DNA of 64,000 bases from Actinomycetales bacterium (GTDB lineage Bacteria; Actinomycetota; Actinomycetes; Mycobacteriales; SCTD01), in NCBI GenBank assembly GCA_036675425.1, contig JAKFFB010000327.1, positions 1,250 to 65,249 on the forward strand. The letters run 5' to 3'. Both the position numbers and the translations under genes were made by a program. The notes under the pieces were generated by a model. The model ran no database searches. It had not been told where the DNA came from and saw only the letters and a list, made by a program, of their open reading frames with translations. This document shows, piece by piece, positions 40,530-53,958 of this stretch (positions are counted from its first letter, which is position 1; the number at the start of each line of letters is the position of its first letter).

Positions 40530-41702
40530 GTGGACCTCATGGAGTACCAGGCGAAGGAGCTCTTCGCCAAGCACGGCGTGCCCGTGCTGCCCGGCGAGAC
40601 GGTGGACACGGCCGAGGCCGCCCGCGCCGTCGCCGAGCGCATCGGCAAGCAGGTCGTCGTCAAGGCGCAGGTCAAGACCGGCGGTCGCGGCAAGGCCGGC
40701 GGCGTCAAGCTGGCCGAGACGCCCGACGAGGCCGTTGAGAAGGCCCAGGGGATCCTCGGCCTGGACATCAAGGGCCACATCGTCCACAAGGTGCTGGTCA
40801 CCGAGGCGAGCGACATCGAGACCGAGTACTACGTCTCGTTCCTGCTCGACCGGGCCAACCGCTCCTACCTCGCCATGTGCAGCGCCGAGGGCGGCATGGA
40901 GATCGAGCAGCTCGCGGTGGAGCGCCCGGAGGCGCTGGCCCGGGTCGCCGTCGACCCCGTCGAGGGCGTCGACGAGAAGAAGGCCCGCGAGATCGCCGAG
41001 GCCGGCAAGATCCCGGCCGACGTCATCGACGAGGTCACCCGGATCCTGGTCAGCATGTGGAAGGTCTTCGTCGAGGAGGAGGCCACCCTCGTCGAGATCA
41101 ACCCGCTGTGCCGTACGCCTGACGGCCGCATCGTCGCCCTCGACGGCAAGGTCACCCTCGACGCGAACGCGGAGTTCCGGCACGAGGACGTCTTCACGAC
41201 CTACGCCGACGTCGTCGCCGACGACGACCTCGAGGGCCGCGCGAAGAAGAAGGGCCTCAACTACGTCAAGCTCGACGGTCAGGTCGGCATCATCGGCAAC
41301 GGCGCGGGTCTGGTCATGTCGACCCTCGACGTCGTGGCGTACGCCGGTGAGGCCCACGGCGGCGTCAAGCCCGCGAACTTCCTCGACATCGGCGGCGGCG
41401 CCTCGGCGCAGGTCATGGCCGACGGCCTCGAGATCATCCTGAGCGACCCGGACGTCCGCTCCGTCTTCGTCAACGTCTTCGGCGGGATCACCTCCTGCGA
41501 CGCCGTGGCGAACGGCATCGTGCAGGCGCTCGAGATGCTCGGCGACAAGGAGACCAAGCCGCTGGTGGTCCGGCTCGACGGCAACAACGTCGAGGAGGGG
41601 CACCGCATCCTCGAGGACGCGAAGCACCCGCTGGTCACCGTCGTCGACACCATGGACGGAGCTGCCGACAAGGCCGCCGAGCTCGCGAACAAGGGGGCCT
41701 AG
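40530..41702 (+). CDS. sucC: Succinyl-CoA synthetase beta subunit
   Basis: GTG 40530 gives the N-terminus (M)[41 protein letters not shown] and [16 protein letters not shown]-like ([13 protein letters not shown]) motifs are present. Confidence 0.95.
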   Translation: MDLMEYQAKELFAKHGVPVLPGETVDTAEAARAVAERIGKQVVVKAQVKTGGRGKAGGVKLAETPDEAVEKAQGILGLDIKGHIVHKVLVTEASDIETEYYVSFLLDRANRSYLAMCSAEGGMEIEQLAVERPEALARVAVDPVEGVDEKKAREIAEAGKIPADVIDEVTRILVSMWKVFVEEEATLVEINPLCRTPDGRIVALDGKVTLDANAEFRHEDVFTTYADVVADDDLEGRAKKKGLNYVKLDGQVGIIGNGAGLVMSTLDVVAYAGEAHGGVKPANFLDIGGGASAQVMADGLEIILSDPDVRSVFVNVFGGITSCDAVANGIVQALEMLGDKETKPLVVRLDGNNVEEGHRILEDAKHPLVTVVDTMDGAADKAAELANKGA

Positions 41703-41704
41703 TC

Positions 41705-42595
41705 ATGGCGATCTTCCTCACTGCAGACAGCAAGGTCATCGTCCAGGGCATGACCGGCTCCGAGGGCATGAAGCACACCCGCCGGATGCTCGCGTCCGGC
41801 ACGCAGGTCGTGGGAGGCGTCAACCCGAAGAAGGCCGGCACGTCCGTCGACGTCGACGGCACCTCGGTGCCCGTCTTCGGGACCGTGGCCGAGGCCATGA
41901 AGGAGACCGGCGCGGACGTCAGCGTCATCTTCGTCCCGCCGGCCTTCGCCAAGGGCGCCGTCGTCGAGGCGATCGACGCCGAGATCCCGCTCGCGGTGGT
42001 CATCACCGAGGGCATCCCGGTGCACGACAGCGCCTGGTTCTGGACCTACAGCAAGGGCAAGAGCACCCGCATCATCGGCCCGAACTGCCCGGGCCTGATC
42101 AGCCCCGGGAAGTCCAACGCCGGCATCATCCCGGCCACGATCGCGCCGAACGCCGGTCGGATCGGGCTGGTCTCGAAGTCCGGCACGCTGACCTACCAGA
42201 TGATGTACGAGCTGCGCGAGTTCGGCTTCTCGACCGCCGTCGGCATCGGCGGCGACCCGGTCATCGGCACGACGCACATCGACTGCCTGGAGGCCTTCGA
42301 GGCCGACCCGGAGACCGACGCGATCGTGATGATCGGCGAGATCGGCGGCGACGCCGAGGAGCGCGCGGCCGACTACATCAAGGCGCACGTGACGAAGCCG
42401 GTCGTCGGCTACGTCGCCGGGTTCACCGCGCCCGAGGGCAAGACCATGGGCCACGCCGGCGCCATCGTCTCCGGCTCCTCCGGCACGGCGCAGGCCAAGC
42501 AGGACGCCCTCGAGGCGGCCGGCGTGAAGGTCGGCAAGACGCCGTCCGCCACGGCCGACCTGATGCGCGAGATCATGAAGGGCCTGCAGAAGTAG
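41705..42595 (+). CDS. sucD: Succinyl-CoA synthetase alpha subunit
   Basis: [25 protein letters not shown] and the phosphohistidine loop [10 protein letters not shown] are present. Confidence 0.95.
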   Translation: MAIFLTADSKVIVQGMTGSEGMKHTRRMLASGTQVVGGVNPKKAGTSVDVDGTSVPVFGTVAEAMKETGADVSVIFVPPAFAKGAVVEAIDAEIPLAVVITEGIPVHDSAWFWTYSKGKSTRIIGPNCPGLISPGKSNAGIIPATIAPNAGRIGLVSKSGTLTYQMMYELREFGFSTAVGIGGDPVIGTTHIDCLEAFEADPETDAIVMIGEIGGDAEERAADYIKAHVTKPVVGYVAGFTAPEGKTMGHAGAIVSGSSGTAQAKQDALEAAGVKVGKTPSATADLMREIMKGLQK

Positions 42596-42613
42596 GTCCC
42601 CGCACTGCCCCGA

Positions 42614-42671
42614 CGATCTTCGTCATCTGGGGCGCGCCACTGCGTGTCGCGCCGCCAGATGACGAAGATCG
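42614..42671 (+). terminator. Strong hairpin terminator candidate after sucD
   Basis: GATCTTCGTCATCTGG (42615-42630) pairs perfectly with CCAGATGACGAAGATC (42655-42670). An inner stem GGCGCG/CGCGCC and an 11-nt loop complete the hairpin. GGTGTTTGTGG follows. Confidence 0.6.
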
Positions 42672-42745
42672 CGGTGTTTGTGGGGGTGGCACCCCGGCGA
42701 GCCGCCCCGCGAGGGGAGGCGGAGGCTGGGACAGTCGGACTCGCC

Positions 42746-43960
42746 ATGACCGAGACGCTGAACCGCCCCTCCCGCCCGTCGCCGATGCCGCCACGGCGGT
42801 CGGCGTCCGAGCCGGCGTCGCGGAGCCCGCTCGCGCTCGGGGCGGGCGCCGGCGTGTGGGCGGTCGCGGCCGGGCTGCTGGTCGTCGCGCTGCCGCTGCT
42901 GCTCTTCTGGGCGGTGGACAGCCGCTCCGGCACCGGCTGGGGCGAGGTGCTGCGGGGCGCCGGAAGGTTCTGGCTGCTCGCCCACGGTGCGAGCCTCGAC
43001 GTGCCGGGCGGCAGGGTCGCTCTCACCCCGCTCGGGCTGATGCTCGTCCCGCTCGGCCTCGTCGCCCGCTTCGCCGCCTCCGCCGCGCGTGACGCGGTCC
43101 CCACCGGGCTGCGCCCGGCGGCAGGGCTGGCTCTCGCGGTCGCCGTGCCGTACTCCGTGCTGGCGCTCCTCGTCGCGATCCTCTGCACGGGACCGGACGT
43201 CCACGTCTCACCGGTGCAGTCGCTGCTGGGCGCCCTGCTGGTCGCCGGCTCCGGCGCCGCCGTCGGCGTCCTGCGGCCGGCCCGGATGTGGCGGGCGGCG
43301 TGGTTCGCGCTGTCCGAGCGCACTCGCCGGCTGGCCGAGCCCGCCGCGGCGGCCACCGCGCTGCTGCTGGGGGCGGGAGCGCTGCTGGTCGGCGGCTCGC
43401 TGGTCGCGCACCTCCCGAAGGCCGTCGACCTGGCCGGCGCGTCCGACCCCGGCGCCGCCGGTGGTGCCGCGATGCTGCTCACCGGTCTCGCGCTGGTGCC
43501 CAACGCCGTCGTCTGGGGCGTGGCCTGGCTGACCGGTCCGGGCTTCGCGGTCGGGCTGGACACCGCCGTCGGGCCGTTCGGCCACGAGCTCGGACCGGTG
43601 CCGGCCCTCCCGCTGCTGGCCGCGCTGCCCGGCGGTGGCGTGCCCGAGTGGGTCGCCGTGCTCGTGCTGGCCGTCCCGCTGCTGGCCGGTGCGGTCGCGG
43701 GCCGTTCCGTCGCCCGGGCGCTGTCCGTGGCGGACGACCGGTCGTGGAAGCGCACCGCGGCGGAGGCCGCCGCTGTCGGACCGGTCTGCGGCGGAGTGCT
43801 CGGCCTGCTCGCCTGGATGTCCGGCGGAGCCGTCGGCGGCGAGCGGCTCGCTCAGGTCGGCCCCTCGGCCTGGGCGGTGCTGCTGGCGGTCAGCGCGACC
43901 GTCGCCGTCGGCTCGCTGGCCGGTGCCCTCGTGCAGCGCGCGCGGCTGCTGACCGACTGA
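42746..43960 (+). CDS. Polytopic membrane protein, PerM-like (DUF6350-type)
   Basis: The position between sucD and purN is the same as mycobacterial perM. About 10 TM helices. LLLFWAVDSRSGTGWGEVLRGAGRFWLLAHG is present. Start ATG 42746 is preferred over 42644, which lies inside the terminator hairpin. Confidence 0.6.
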   Translation: MTETLNRPSRPSPMPPRRSASEPASRSPLALGAGAGVWAVAAGLLVVALPLLLFWAVDSRSGTGWGEVLRGAGRFWLLAHGASLDVPGGRVALTPLGLMLVPLGLVARFAASAARDAVPTGLRPAAGLALAVAVPYSVLALLVAILCTGPDVHVSPVQSLLGALLVAGSGAAVGVLRPARMWRAAWFALSERTRRLAEPAAAATALLLGAGALLVGGSLVAHLPKAVDLAGASDPGAAGGAAMLLTGLALVPNAVVWGVAWLTGPGFAVGLDTAVGPFGHELGPVPALPLLAALPGGGVPEWVAVLVLAVPLLAGAVAGRSVARALSVADDRSWKRTAAEAAAVGPVCGGVLGLLAWMSGGAVGGERLAQVGPSAWAVLLAVSATVAVGSLAGALVQRARLLTD

Positions 43961-44149
43961 TCAGCCGGCGAGCAGCAGCAGCCCGACCGTCACGACCGAG
44001 CCGACGACGATCGCGGCCGTCGCGATGCCCTCGCCCGGCTCGCCCGACCGGCGCGCACGCGACCGCGCGACGAGCCCGAGGACGACGCCCATCGGCGCGA
44101 AGGCCACGGCGGAGACCAGTGCGCCGACGGCCAGGCCGTGCACGCTCAC
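43961..44149 (-). CDS. Small DUF4190-like membrane protein
   Basis: 62 aa from GTG 44149 (GTGA overlap with the upstream stop). Two TM helices flank SRARRSGEPGEG, the typical DUF4190 layout. Confidence 0.55.
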   Translation of the reverse strand: MSVHGLAVGALVSAVAFAPMGVVLGLVARSRARRSGEPGEGIATAAIVVGSVVTVGLLLLAG

Positions 44150-44628
44150 TGCAGGCTGTCCTCGAACTGCTTCCTGCAGTCCTCGACCGCCTCCGGGTCG
44201 CCGGCGGCGTCCTGCAGGCAGTCGGTGAGGTTCGAGAACTCGCCGGTGCTGAACAGCGCGGCCACGCCGACGATGACGAGGACCGTCAGCAGGATCCCGA
44301 CCGCGCCGGTGACGATGCCGGCCAGCGCCATCCCGCCGTTGCTCGCCTCGCGGCGCTTGGCCCGGCCGCGCCCCAGGAAGCCCAGGACCACGGCGACGAT
44401 GCCGAACAGCCCGCCGATGAACAGGAACCACGTGACGAGGCTGAGGATGCCGAGCACGAGCGCGGCGGTGCCCAGCCCGTTGCGGTTGCCGGCCGGGACC
44501 GGCGGCATGCCGAACTGCTGCTGGCCGTACGCCGGCGGCGGGAAGCCGGGCGGGGTGCCGTAGGCCGGCGGCGGGGGGCCGGCGGGCTCGCCGCCCGGGC
44601 TCGCGAACGGGTCCTGCGGTGCGGTCAT
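44146..44628 (-). CDS. Pro-rich DUF4190-domain membrane protein with a Cys-containing C-terminal domain
   Basis: The N-terminus is PPPPAYGTPPGFPPPAYGQQQFG. Two TM helices flank GRGRAKRREASNGG. The C-terminus is FSNLTDCLQDAAGDPEAVEDCRKQFE. Confidence 0.7.
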   Translation of the reverse strand: MTAPQDPFASPGGEPAGPPPPAYGTPPGFPPPAYGQQQFGMPPVPAGNRNGLGTAALVLGILSLVTWFLFIGGLFGIVAVVLGFLGRGRAKRREASNGGMALAGIVTGAVGILLTVLVIVGVAALFSTGEFSNLTDCLQDAAGDPEAVEDCRKQFEDSLQ

Positions 44629-45295
44629 GAGCCGACGCTATCGCGCCGGTAGGGTCGCCGGTGTTCGCACGCAGCCCTCTGGAGGAGCCCTGACCGCACG
44701 CCTGGTCGTGCTGGCCTCCGGCACGGGCAACACCCTGCAGGCCCTGCTGGACGCCACCGCCGACGCGTCGTTCGGCGCCGAGGTCGTCGCCGTCGGCACC
44801 GACCGGCCGGGGGTCCGCGCGCTCGAGCGGGCCGAGGCCGCGGGCGTCCCGACCTTCACCGTGGCGCTGGCCGACTGCCCCGACCGGGACGCCTGGAACT
44901 CCGCGCTCGCCGACGCCGTGGACGCCTGCGCTCCCGATCTCGTGGTGTGCGCGGGCTTCATGCGCCTGCTGTCGGCGGACTTCCTCGCGCGCTTCCCCAA
45001 CCGGGTCGTGAACACCCACCCCGCGCTGCTGCCCAGCTTCCCCGGTGCGCACGCGGTCGCCGACGCGCTGGCGTACGGCGTGCGCGTCAGCGGGGTCACC
45101 GTGCACTTCGTCGACGAGGGCGTCGACACCGGACCGGTCGTCGCTCAGGCGGCGGTGCCGGTCGAGCAGGACGACGACGAGGCCTCGCTGCACGCGAGGA
45201 TCCAGGGCGTGGAGCAGCCGCTCTACGTCGACGCGATCGGACGGCTGGCCCGCGAGGGCTGGACCGTCTCGGGAAGGACCGTGAGGATCGGATGA
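44627..45295 (+). CDS. purN: Phosphoribosylglycinamide formyltransferase
   Basis: [27 protein letters not shown] and [12 protein letters not shown] are present. The start is uncertain. ATG 44627 overlaps the divergent gene start. The in-frame CTG 44690 after GGAGGAG would give the usual short N-terminus. Confidence 0.85.
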   Translation: MSRRYRAGRVAGVRTQPSGGALTARLVVLASGTGNTLQALLDATADASFGAEVVAVGTDRPGVRALERAEAAGVPTFTVALADCPDRDAWNSALADAVDACAPDLVVCAGFMRLLSADFLARFPNRVVNTHPALLPSFPGAHAVADALAYGVRVSGVTVHFVDEGVDTGPVVAQAAVPVEQDDDEASLHARIQGVEQPLYVDAIGRLAREGWTVSGRTVRIG

Positions 45296-46833
45296 GCCGT
45301 ACGAAGGTGCGACGCGCACTGGTCAGCGTCTTCGACAAGACCGGGCTGCTCGACCTCGGCAAGGGGCTGGCCGACGCCGGGGTGGAGATCGTGTCGACCG
45401 GCTCGACCGCGGCGAAGCTGCGCGAGGCCGGCATCGACGTCACGGCGGTCGACGAGCTCACCGGCTTCCCCGAGTGCCTCGACGGACGGGTCAAGACGCT
45501 GCACCCGCACGTGCACGCCGGGATCCTCGCCGACCTGCGGATCACCGACCACATCGCGCAGCTCGAGCAGCTCGGCATCGAGCCGTTCGAGCTGGTCGTC
45601 GTGAACCTCTACCCGTTCACGCAGACCGTCGCGTCCGGCGCGGCGCCCGACGAGTGCGTCGAGCAGATCGACATCGGCGGGCCGACGATGGTGCGCGCCG
45701 CGGCCAAGAACCACCCGTCGGTGGCGGTCGTCGTGGATCCCGCGTCGTACGACGAGGTGCTCGCGGCAGTGCGCGACGGCGGAACCACCCTCGAGCAGCG
45801 GCAGGCGCTGGCGGTCGAGGCGTTCCGGCACACGGCGTCGTACGACATCGCGGTCGCCAGCTGGATGGGCGCGCAGTTCGGCGCCGAGCAGCTCCCGGAG
45901 TGGGCCGGCGCGTCGTGGCAGCGCGCCGACGTGCTGCGCTACGGCGAGAACCCGCACCAGTCCGCCGCGCTCTACCGCGGGGTCGACGAGGGCCTCGCGT
46001 CGGCGACGCAGCTGCACGGGAAGCCCATGTCCTACAACAACTTCGTCGACGGCGACGCGGCCTGGCGAGCGGCCCACGACCACGGCGACCAGCCCACCGT
46101 CGCGATCATCAAGCACGCGAACCCGTGCGGCATCGCGGTCGGCAGCGACGTGGCGGACGCGCACGCCAAGGCGCACGCGTGCGATCCGGTGTCGGCCTTC
46201 GGTGGCGTCATCGCCACCAACGTCCCGGTGTCGCTGGCGATGGCGGAGCAGGTGGCCGACATCTTCACCGAGGTCGTGCTGGCCCCGGCGTACGAGGACG
46301 GAGCCGTCGAGCTGCTGTCCAAGAAGCCGTCGATCCGGCTGCTGACCGTGCCGTCCGGCGCGCAGCAGGCCGTGGAGTGGCGGCCGATCAGCGGCGGCGT
46401 CCTGCTGCAGACCCGCGACCGGCTGGACGCTCCCGGCGACGACCCGTCGACCTGGACGCTCGCCTGCGGCGACGCTCTCGACGAGTCGGCTCTCGACGAG
46501 CTCGCCTTCGCCTGGCGGGCCGTGCGCGCGGTGAAGAGCAACGCGATCCTGCTCGCCGCCGGCGGCGCGACCGTCGGCGTCGGCATGGGCCAGGTCAACC
46601 GGGTCGACTCGGCGCGCCTCGCCGTGACCCGCGCGGGGGGGCGGGCGGCCGGCTCGTTCGCCGCGTCGGACGCGTTCTTCCCCTTCGCCGACGGGCTGCA
46701 GGTGCTGCTCGACGCCGGCGTGCGCGCGGTCGTGCAGCCGGGCGGCTCGGTCCGCGACGAGGAGGTCGTGGCCGCGGCACAGGCCGCGGGCGCGACGATG
46801 TACTTCACGGGCACGCGTCACTTCGCCCACTAG
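45292..46833 (+). CDS. purH: Bifunctional AICAR transformylase / IMP cyclohydrolase
   Basis: ATGA overlap with pur[31 protein letters not shown] and [10 protein letters not shown] are present. Confidence 0.95.
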   Translation: MSRTKVRRALVSVFDKTGLLDLGKGLADAGVEIVSTGSTAAKLREAGIDVTAVDELTGFPECLDGRVKTLHPHVHAGILADLRITDHIAQLEQLGIEPFELVVVNLYPFTQTVASGAAPDECVEQIDIGGPTMVRAAAKNHPSVAVVVDPASYDEVLAAVRDGGTTLEQRQALAVEAFRHTASYDIAVASWMGAQFGAEQLPEWAGASWQRADVLRYGENPHQSAALYRGVDEGLASATQLHGKPMSYNNFVDGDAAWRAAHDHGDQPTVAIIKHANPCGIAVGSDVADAHAKAHACDPVSAFGGVIATNVPVSLAMAEQVADIFTEVVLAPAYEDGAVELLSKKPSIRLLTVPSGAQQAVEWRPISGGVLLQTRDRLDAPGDDPSTWTLACGDALDESALDELAFAWRAVRAVKSNAILLAAGGATVGVGMGQVNRVDSARLAVTRAGGRAAGSFAASDAFFPFADGLQVLLDAGVRAVVQPGGSVRDEEVVAAAQAAGATMYFTGTRHFAH

Positions 46834-47396
46834 TGCAGGACTTCTCGCGCGAGGAGCTCGTCGGGCGGACCTTCAGCGGGGAGTCGCTCGTCGGTGCGGA
46901 CTTCAGCGAGGCGACTCTCACTCGGGTCGTCTTCGAGGACTGCGACCTGTCCGGCGCCGAGCTCACCAGCACCACGCTCGACACCTGCGCCTTCCTCGGC
47001 TGCCGGATGGAGCGCGTGCGGCTGTTCGGGTCGACGCTGCGCGGCTGCAAGCTCACCGGCTCGACCTTCGTCCGGGCTGCTCTTCGGCCGCTGACGGTCG
47101 ACGGGGGCGACTGGTCGTACGTCTCCCTGCGCTCCGCCGACCTGCGCAACGTCGCGCTGGCCGGTCTCGGGCTGGCGGAGGCGGACCTGACCGACGCGGA
47201 CCTGTCCGGCTGCGACCTGACCGGCGCGGACCTGTCGCGCGCGCGGCTGCGCGGGGTGCGGCTGCGCGGCGCCGACCTGCGCGGCGCCCGCCTCGACGGC
47301 TGCGACGTCGACGGGGTCGACTGGGCCGACGTGCGCATCGACGTGTCGCAGGCGGTGCTGCTCGCCCAGGCGCGCGGCGCCGTCGTGGACGGATAG
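46833..47396 (+). CDS. Pentapeptide-repeat protein
   Basis: GTG 46833 shares one nucleotide with the purH TAG. A(D/N)LxX pentads run throughout (ADFSEATLTRVVFEDCDLSGAELTS... ADLTDADLSGCDLTGADLSRARLRGVRLRGADLRGARL). Confidence 0.8.
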   Translation: MQDFSREELVGRTFSGESLVGADFSEATLTRVVFEDCDLSGAELTSTTLDTCAFLGCRMERVRLFGSTLRGCKLTGSTFVRAALRPLTVDGGDWSYVSLRSADLRNVALAGLGLAEADLTDADLSGCDLTGADLSRARLRGVRLRGADLRGARLDGCDVDGVDWADVRIDVSQAVLLAQARGAVVDG

Positions 47397-47406
47397 CCTC
47401 GCCCCC

Positions 47407-48270
47407 GTGACCGCTCGCCTGCTGCCCGGAGCCCCTGTCGCGGAGGCGGTCTTCGCCGACCTCGCGCCGCGCATCGAGAAGCTGATCGCCGCGGGCCACC
47501 GCCCGGGGCTCGGCACCGTCCTGGTGGGCGGGGACAGCGCCTCCGCCGGCTACGTCGGCATGAAGATGCGCAAGGCCGAGGAGCTCGGCTTCGCCAGCCC
47601 GCACGAGCGGCTCGGCGACGACGCCACGACCGCCGACGTCATCGCGGCCATCCGGCGGCTCAACGACGACCCGGCGTGCGACGCGATGCTCGTGCAGCAC
47701 CCCACCCCGAAGCAGGTCGACTTCGAGGCCGCGCTGCTCGAGATGGACCCCGACAAGGACGTCGACGGGCTGCACCCGGTCAACATGGGCCGGCTCGCGC
47801 TGTCGATGCCGGGCCCCGTGCCCTGCACCCCCGCCGGCATCGAGGCGCTGCTCGCGCACTACGAGATCCCCGTCGCGGGGCACGAGGTCTGCATCCTGGG
47901 TCGCGGCACGACGCTCGGCCGGCCGCTGGCGCTGCTGCTGTCGCAGAAGCGGCCGACCGCGAACGCCGCCGTGACCGTGGTGCACACGGGTGTGCCGGAC
48001 TGGCCGGAGTACACCCGCCGCGCCTCGATCGTCATCGCCGCGGTCGGCGTGCCGTACATCCTGCAGCCCGAGCACATCACCCCCGGTGCGACCGTCGTCG
48101 GCGGCGGCGTCCGCTACGAGGGCAAGAAGCTGCTGCCGGACGTCGACGAGGCCTGCAACGAGGTGGCCGGCGCCATCACCCCCCGCGTCGGCGGGGTCGG
48201 CCCCACCACGGTGGCGATGCTGTTCAAGAACTGCGTCGAGGCAGCGGAGCGCCGCGCCGGGATCGCGTAG
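47407..48270 (+). CDS. folD: Bifunctional methylenetetrahydrofolate dehydrogenase / cyclohydrolase
   Basis: PGLGTVLVGGDSASAGYV, DVDGLHP, ILGRGTTLGRPLALLL and GGVGPTTVAML are present. Confidence 0.95.
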   Translation: MTARLLPGAPVAEAVFADLAPRIEKLIAAGHRPGLGTVLVGGDSASAGYVGMKMRKAEELGFASPHERLGDDATTADVIAAIRRLNDDPACDAMLVQHPTPKQVDFEAALLEMDPDKDVDGLHPVNMGRLALSMPGPVPCTPAGIEALLAHYEIPVAGHEVCILGRGTTLGRPLALLLSQKRPTANAAVTVVHTGVPDWPEYTRRASIVIAAVGVPYILQPEHITPGATVVGGGVRYEGKKLLPDVDEACNEVAGAITPRVGGVGPTTVAMLFKNCVEAAERRAGIA

Positions 48271-48277
48271 TACCGGT

Positions 48278-48348
48278 TGATCATCCGCAGGATCCCCGCC
48301 CTCAGCGCCGCGCGGAGCCGCCTACGACGGCGATGCTGCGGATGATCA
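48278..48348. terminator. 71-nt long-range inverted repeat between convergent folD and the FHA-LuxR gene
   Basis: TGATCATCCGCAG (48278-48290) and CTGCGGATGATCA (48336-48348) are perfect 13-mers. Imperfect pairing continues into the 45-nt spacer. Confidence 0.5.
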
Positions 48349-48370
48349 GCGGGGTGGCGCGTGCGGACGG

Positions 48371-48982
48371 TCAGCCGGCGCGGCGGATGCTGTCCTCGAC
48401 GTCGGCGGGGAGCGGGCGGACGACGCCGGCGCTGATGACCTCGTTGGCGAGCCGGGCCCGGCGGTTCACGCCCTCCGGGATCCGGAACTTCACGTAGAGG
48501 CGCAGCAGGTGCTGCTTCACGGCGGCCTCGGTCACCACGAGCTCGTCGGCGATGTCGCGGGCGGTCGCGGGCGCCACGAAGGCGTCCTGCTGCAGCGCGG
48601 GGCGGCAGAGCGCGGTGAGCACCTCGCACTCGCGGCGGGTGAGGTCGGGGGCGGAGATCCGGCGCAGCTCGACGGTGTCCTCGGCCAGGTCGGGCGACAG
48701 CCCCTGCACGCGGGTCCGGCAGGCGCCGAAGGACAGCACGTCGCCGTCCTCGAGCAGCCGCCGGCCGACGGGACGGCCGTTGACGCGCGTGCCGTTCGTC
48801 GACAGGCCCAGGTCGCTCACGTAGACGTGCTCGCCGCGCCGGACCAGCTCGGCGTGCAGGCGCGACACGCTCGGGTCCTCGAGGGAGATGTCGACGCTGC
48901 GCCCGCGGCCGACGGTGGTCACGTCAGCCGTCAGCGCGAAGGTCTCGCCGCTCTCCTCGAGACGGAGCTGGGGCGTCTGCAC
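48371..48982 (-). CDS. FHA-domain / LuxR-HTH fusion transcription regulator
   Basis: The N-terminal FHA domain reads TTVGRGRSVDISLEDPSVSRLHAELVRRGEHVYVSDLGLSTNGTRVNG. The C-terminal HTH reads LTRRECEVLTALC...ARDIADELVVTEAAVKQHLLRLYVKF. Confidence 0.8.
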   Translation of the reverse strand: MQTPQLRLEESGETFALTADVTTVGRGRSVDISLEDPSVSRLHAELVRRGEHVYVSDLGLSTNGTRVNGRPVGRRLLEDGDVLSFGACRTRVQGLSPDLAEDTVELRRISAPDLTRRECEVLTALCRPALQQDAFVAPATARDIADELVVTEAAVKQHLLRLYVKFRIPEGVNRRARLANEVISAGVVRPLPADVEDSIRRAG

Positions 48983-49078
48983 GTGCGGGTCCTCCGGGTG
49001 GTCGGGCGGCGGACGCGGTCGTCCACCTCTGCCTCATGGGCTACCCGCGGCACGGAGAGCGCAACCGGCCGCCGATAG

Positions 49079-52581
<3,503 letters not shown>

Positions 52582-52650
52582 CCGGTTCTCCTACGCTTGC
52601 GCCGTGGAACCTCCCAGTAGACCGGCGTGCCCTGACCTCTCCGAGGGCAG

Positions 52651-53958
52651 GTGCACGCCGTGAGCGTCCCCTGGCTCGACCTGCTGCTGGTCGTGCTCTT
52701 CATCCTCATCGGTGGGGTCTTCGCCGCCACCGAGCTCGCCCTGGTCAGCCTGCGCGAGGGCCAGGCCAAGGCGATGGCGGAGAAGAGCCGGCGCGGTCAG
52801 CGCGTCGCCCACCTGGTCGCCGACCCGAACCGCTTCCTCGCGGCAGTGCAGGTCGGCGTCACCCTGGCGGGCTTCCTGTCGGCGGCCTTCGGTGCCGCCC
52901 GGCTGGCCGTGCCCGTCTCGGACGCCCTCGACAGCAGGCTGTCCGAGGGCGCCTCCGACACGGTCTCGCTCGTGCTCGTCACGCTGGTCATCTCGTACTT
53001 CTCGCTGGTCTTCAGCGAGCTCGCGCCCAAGCGGTTGGCGCTGCAGCGGGCGGAGGGCATCTCGATGGCCTTCGCGCCCGCGCTCGACCGGATCGCGAGC
53101 CTGTCCCGCCCGGTGATCTGGCTGCTGTCCAAGAGCACCGACGTCGTCGTGCGGATGCTCGGCGGTGACCCGAACAGCCAGCGCGAGTCCATCACCGAGG
53201 ACGAGCTGCGCGGCATGGTGGCCGCGCACGAGTCCCTGACCAAGGACGAGCGCAAGCTCATCGACGACGTCTTCGCCGCGGGGGAGCGGCAGCTGCGCGA
53301 GGTGATGCTGCCGCGCACCGAGGTCGCCTTCCTCGAGGCAAGCATGACGCTCAGCCGCGCCATCAAGGAGACCGCCGAGCAGCCGCACTCGCGCTACCCG
53401 GTGGCCGGCTCGTCGCAGGACGACGTCATCGGCTTCCTGCACGTGCGCGACCTGATGGTGCCGGCCGCGAAGGCCCGCGGCATGCGGGTCGCCGACGTCG
53501 TGCGCGAGGTCAAGCTGCTGCCCGGCAGCAAGCGCGTGCTCCCCGCGATGTCGGAGATGCGCCGCGAGGGGCACCACATGGCGATCGTCGTCGACGAGTA
53601 CGGCGGCACCGCGGGCATCGTCACGCTCGAGGACCTCATCGAGGAGGTCATCGGCGACATCCGCGACGAGTACGACGTGAGCGAGGACGACCCGCTGCGC
53701 TTCCGCGGCGGGGACGTCGAGGCCGACGGCCTGCTCAACCTGGACGAGGTCCGCACCGTCACCGGAGTCTCGCTGCCGGAGGGGCCGTACGAGACCCTCG
53801 CCGGCTACGTCATGGCGACGCTCGGGCACGTCCCGCGCACCGGCGAGGCGGTCGAGGTCGACGGCCACCGGCTCGAGGTCAGCGAGCTCGACGGCCGCCG
53901 CATCTCCCGCGTCCGGGTCACCCCGGTCATCCCGCCCGAGCTGGAGGAGTCCGCATGA
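52651..53958 (+). CDS. CNNM/CorC-HlyC-family membrane protein (DUF21-CBS pair-CorC_HlyC)
   Basis: The N-terminal DUF21 helices include LLLVVLFILIGGVFAATELALVS and FSELAPKRLAL. A CBS pair follows, then the C-terminal transporter-associated domain (GHRLEVSELDGRRISRVRV). Confidence 0.85.
   Translation: MHAVSVPWLDLLLVVLFILIGGVFAATELALVSLREGQAKAMAEKSRRGQRVAHLVADPNRFLAAVQVGVTLAGFLSAAFGAARLAVPVSDALDSRLSEGASDTVSLVLVTLVISYFSLVFSELAPKRLALQRAEGISMAFAPALDRIASLSRPVIWLLSKSTDVVVRMLGGDPNSQRESITEDELRGMVAAHESLTKDERKLIDDVFAAGERQLREVMLPRTEVAFLEASMTLSRAIKETAEQPHSRYPVAGSSQDDVIGFLHVRDLMVPAAKARGMRVADVVREVKLLPGSKRVLPAMSEMRREGHHMAIVVDEYGGTAGIVTLEDLIEEVIGDIRDEYDVSEDDPLRFRGGDVEADGLLNLDEVRTVTGVSLPEGPYETLAGYVMATLGHVPRTGEAVEVDGHRLEVSELDGRRISRVRVTPVIPPELEESA

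Noticed and set aside
44645-44710. Possible ZTP (pfl) riboswitch in front of purN. The GGGTCGCCGG ... ACGCCTGGTC segment vaguely resembles GGGUCG...CCGCCUGGGC.
   Set aside because: The conserved ACUGGCG and CCGGGCGGA elements are missing. The spacing is too short, and the candidate SD lies upstream of the would-be pseudoknot strand instead of after it. The segment is probably the 5' end of purN itself.
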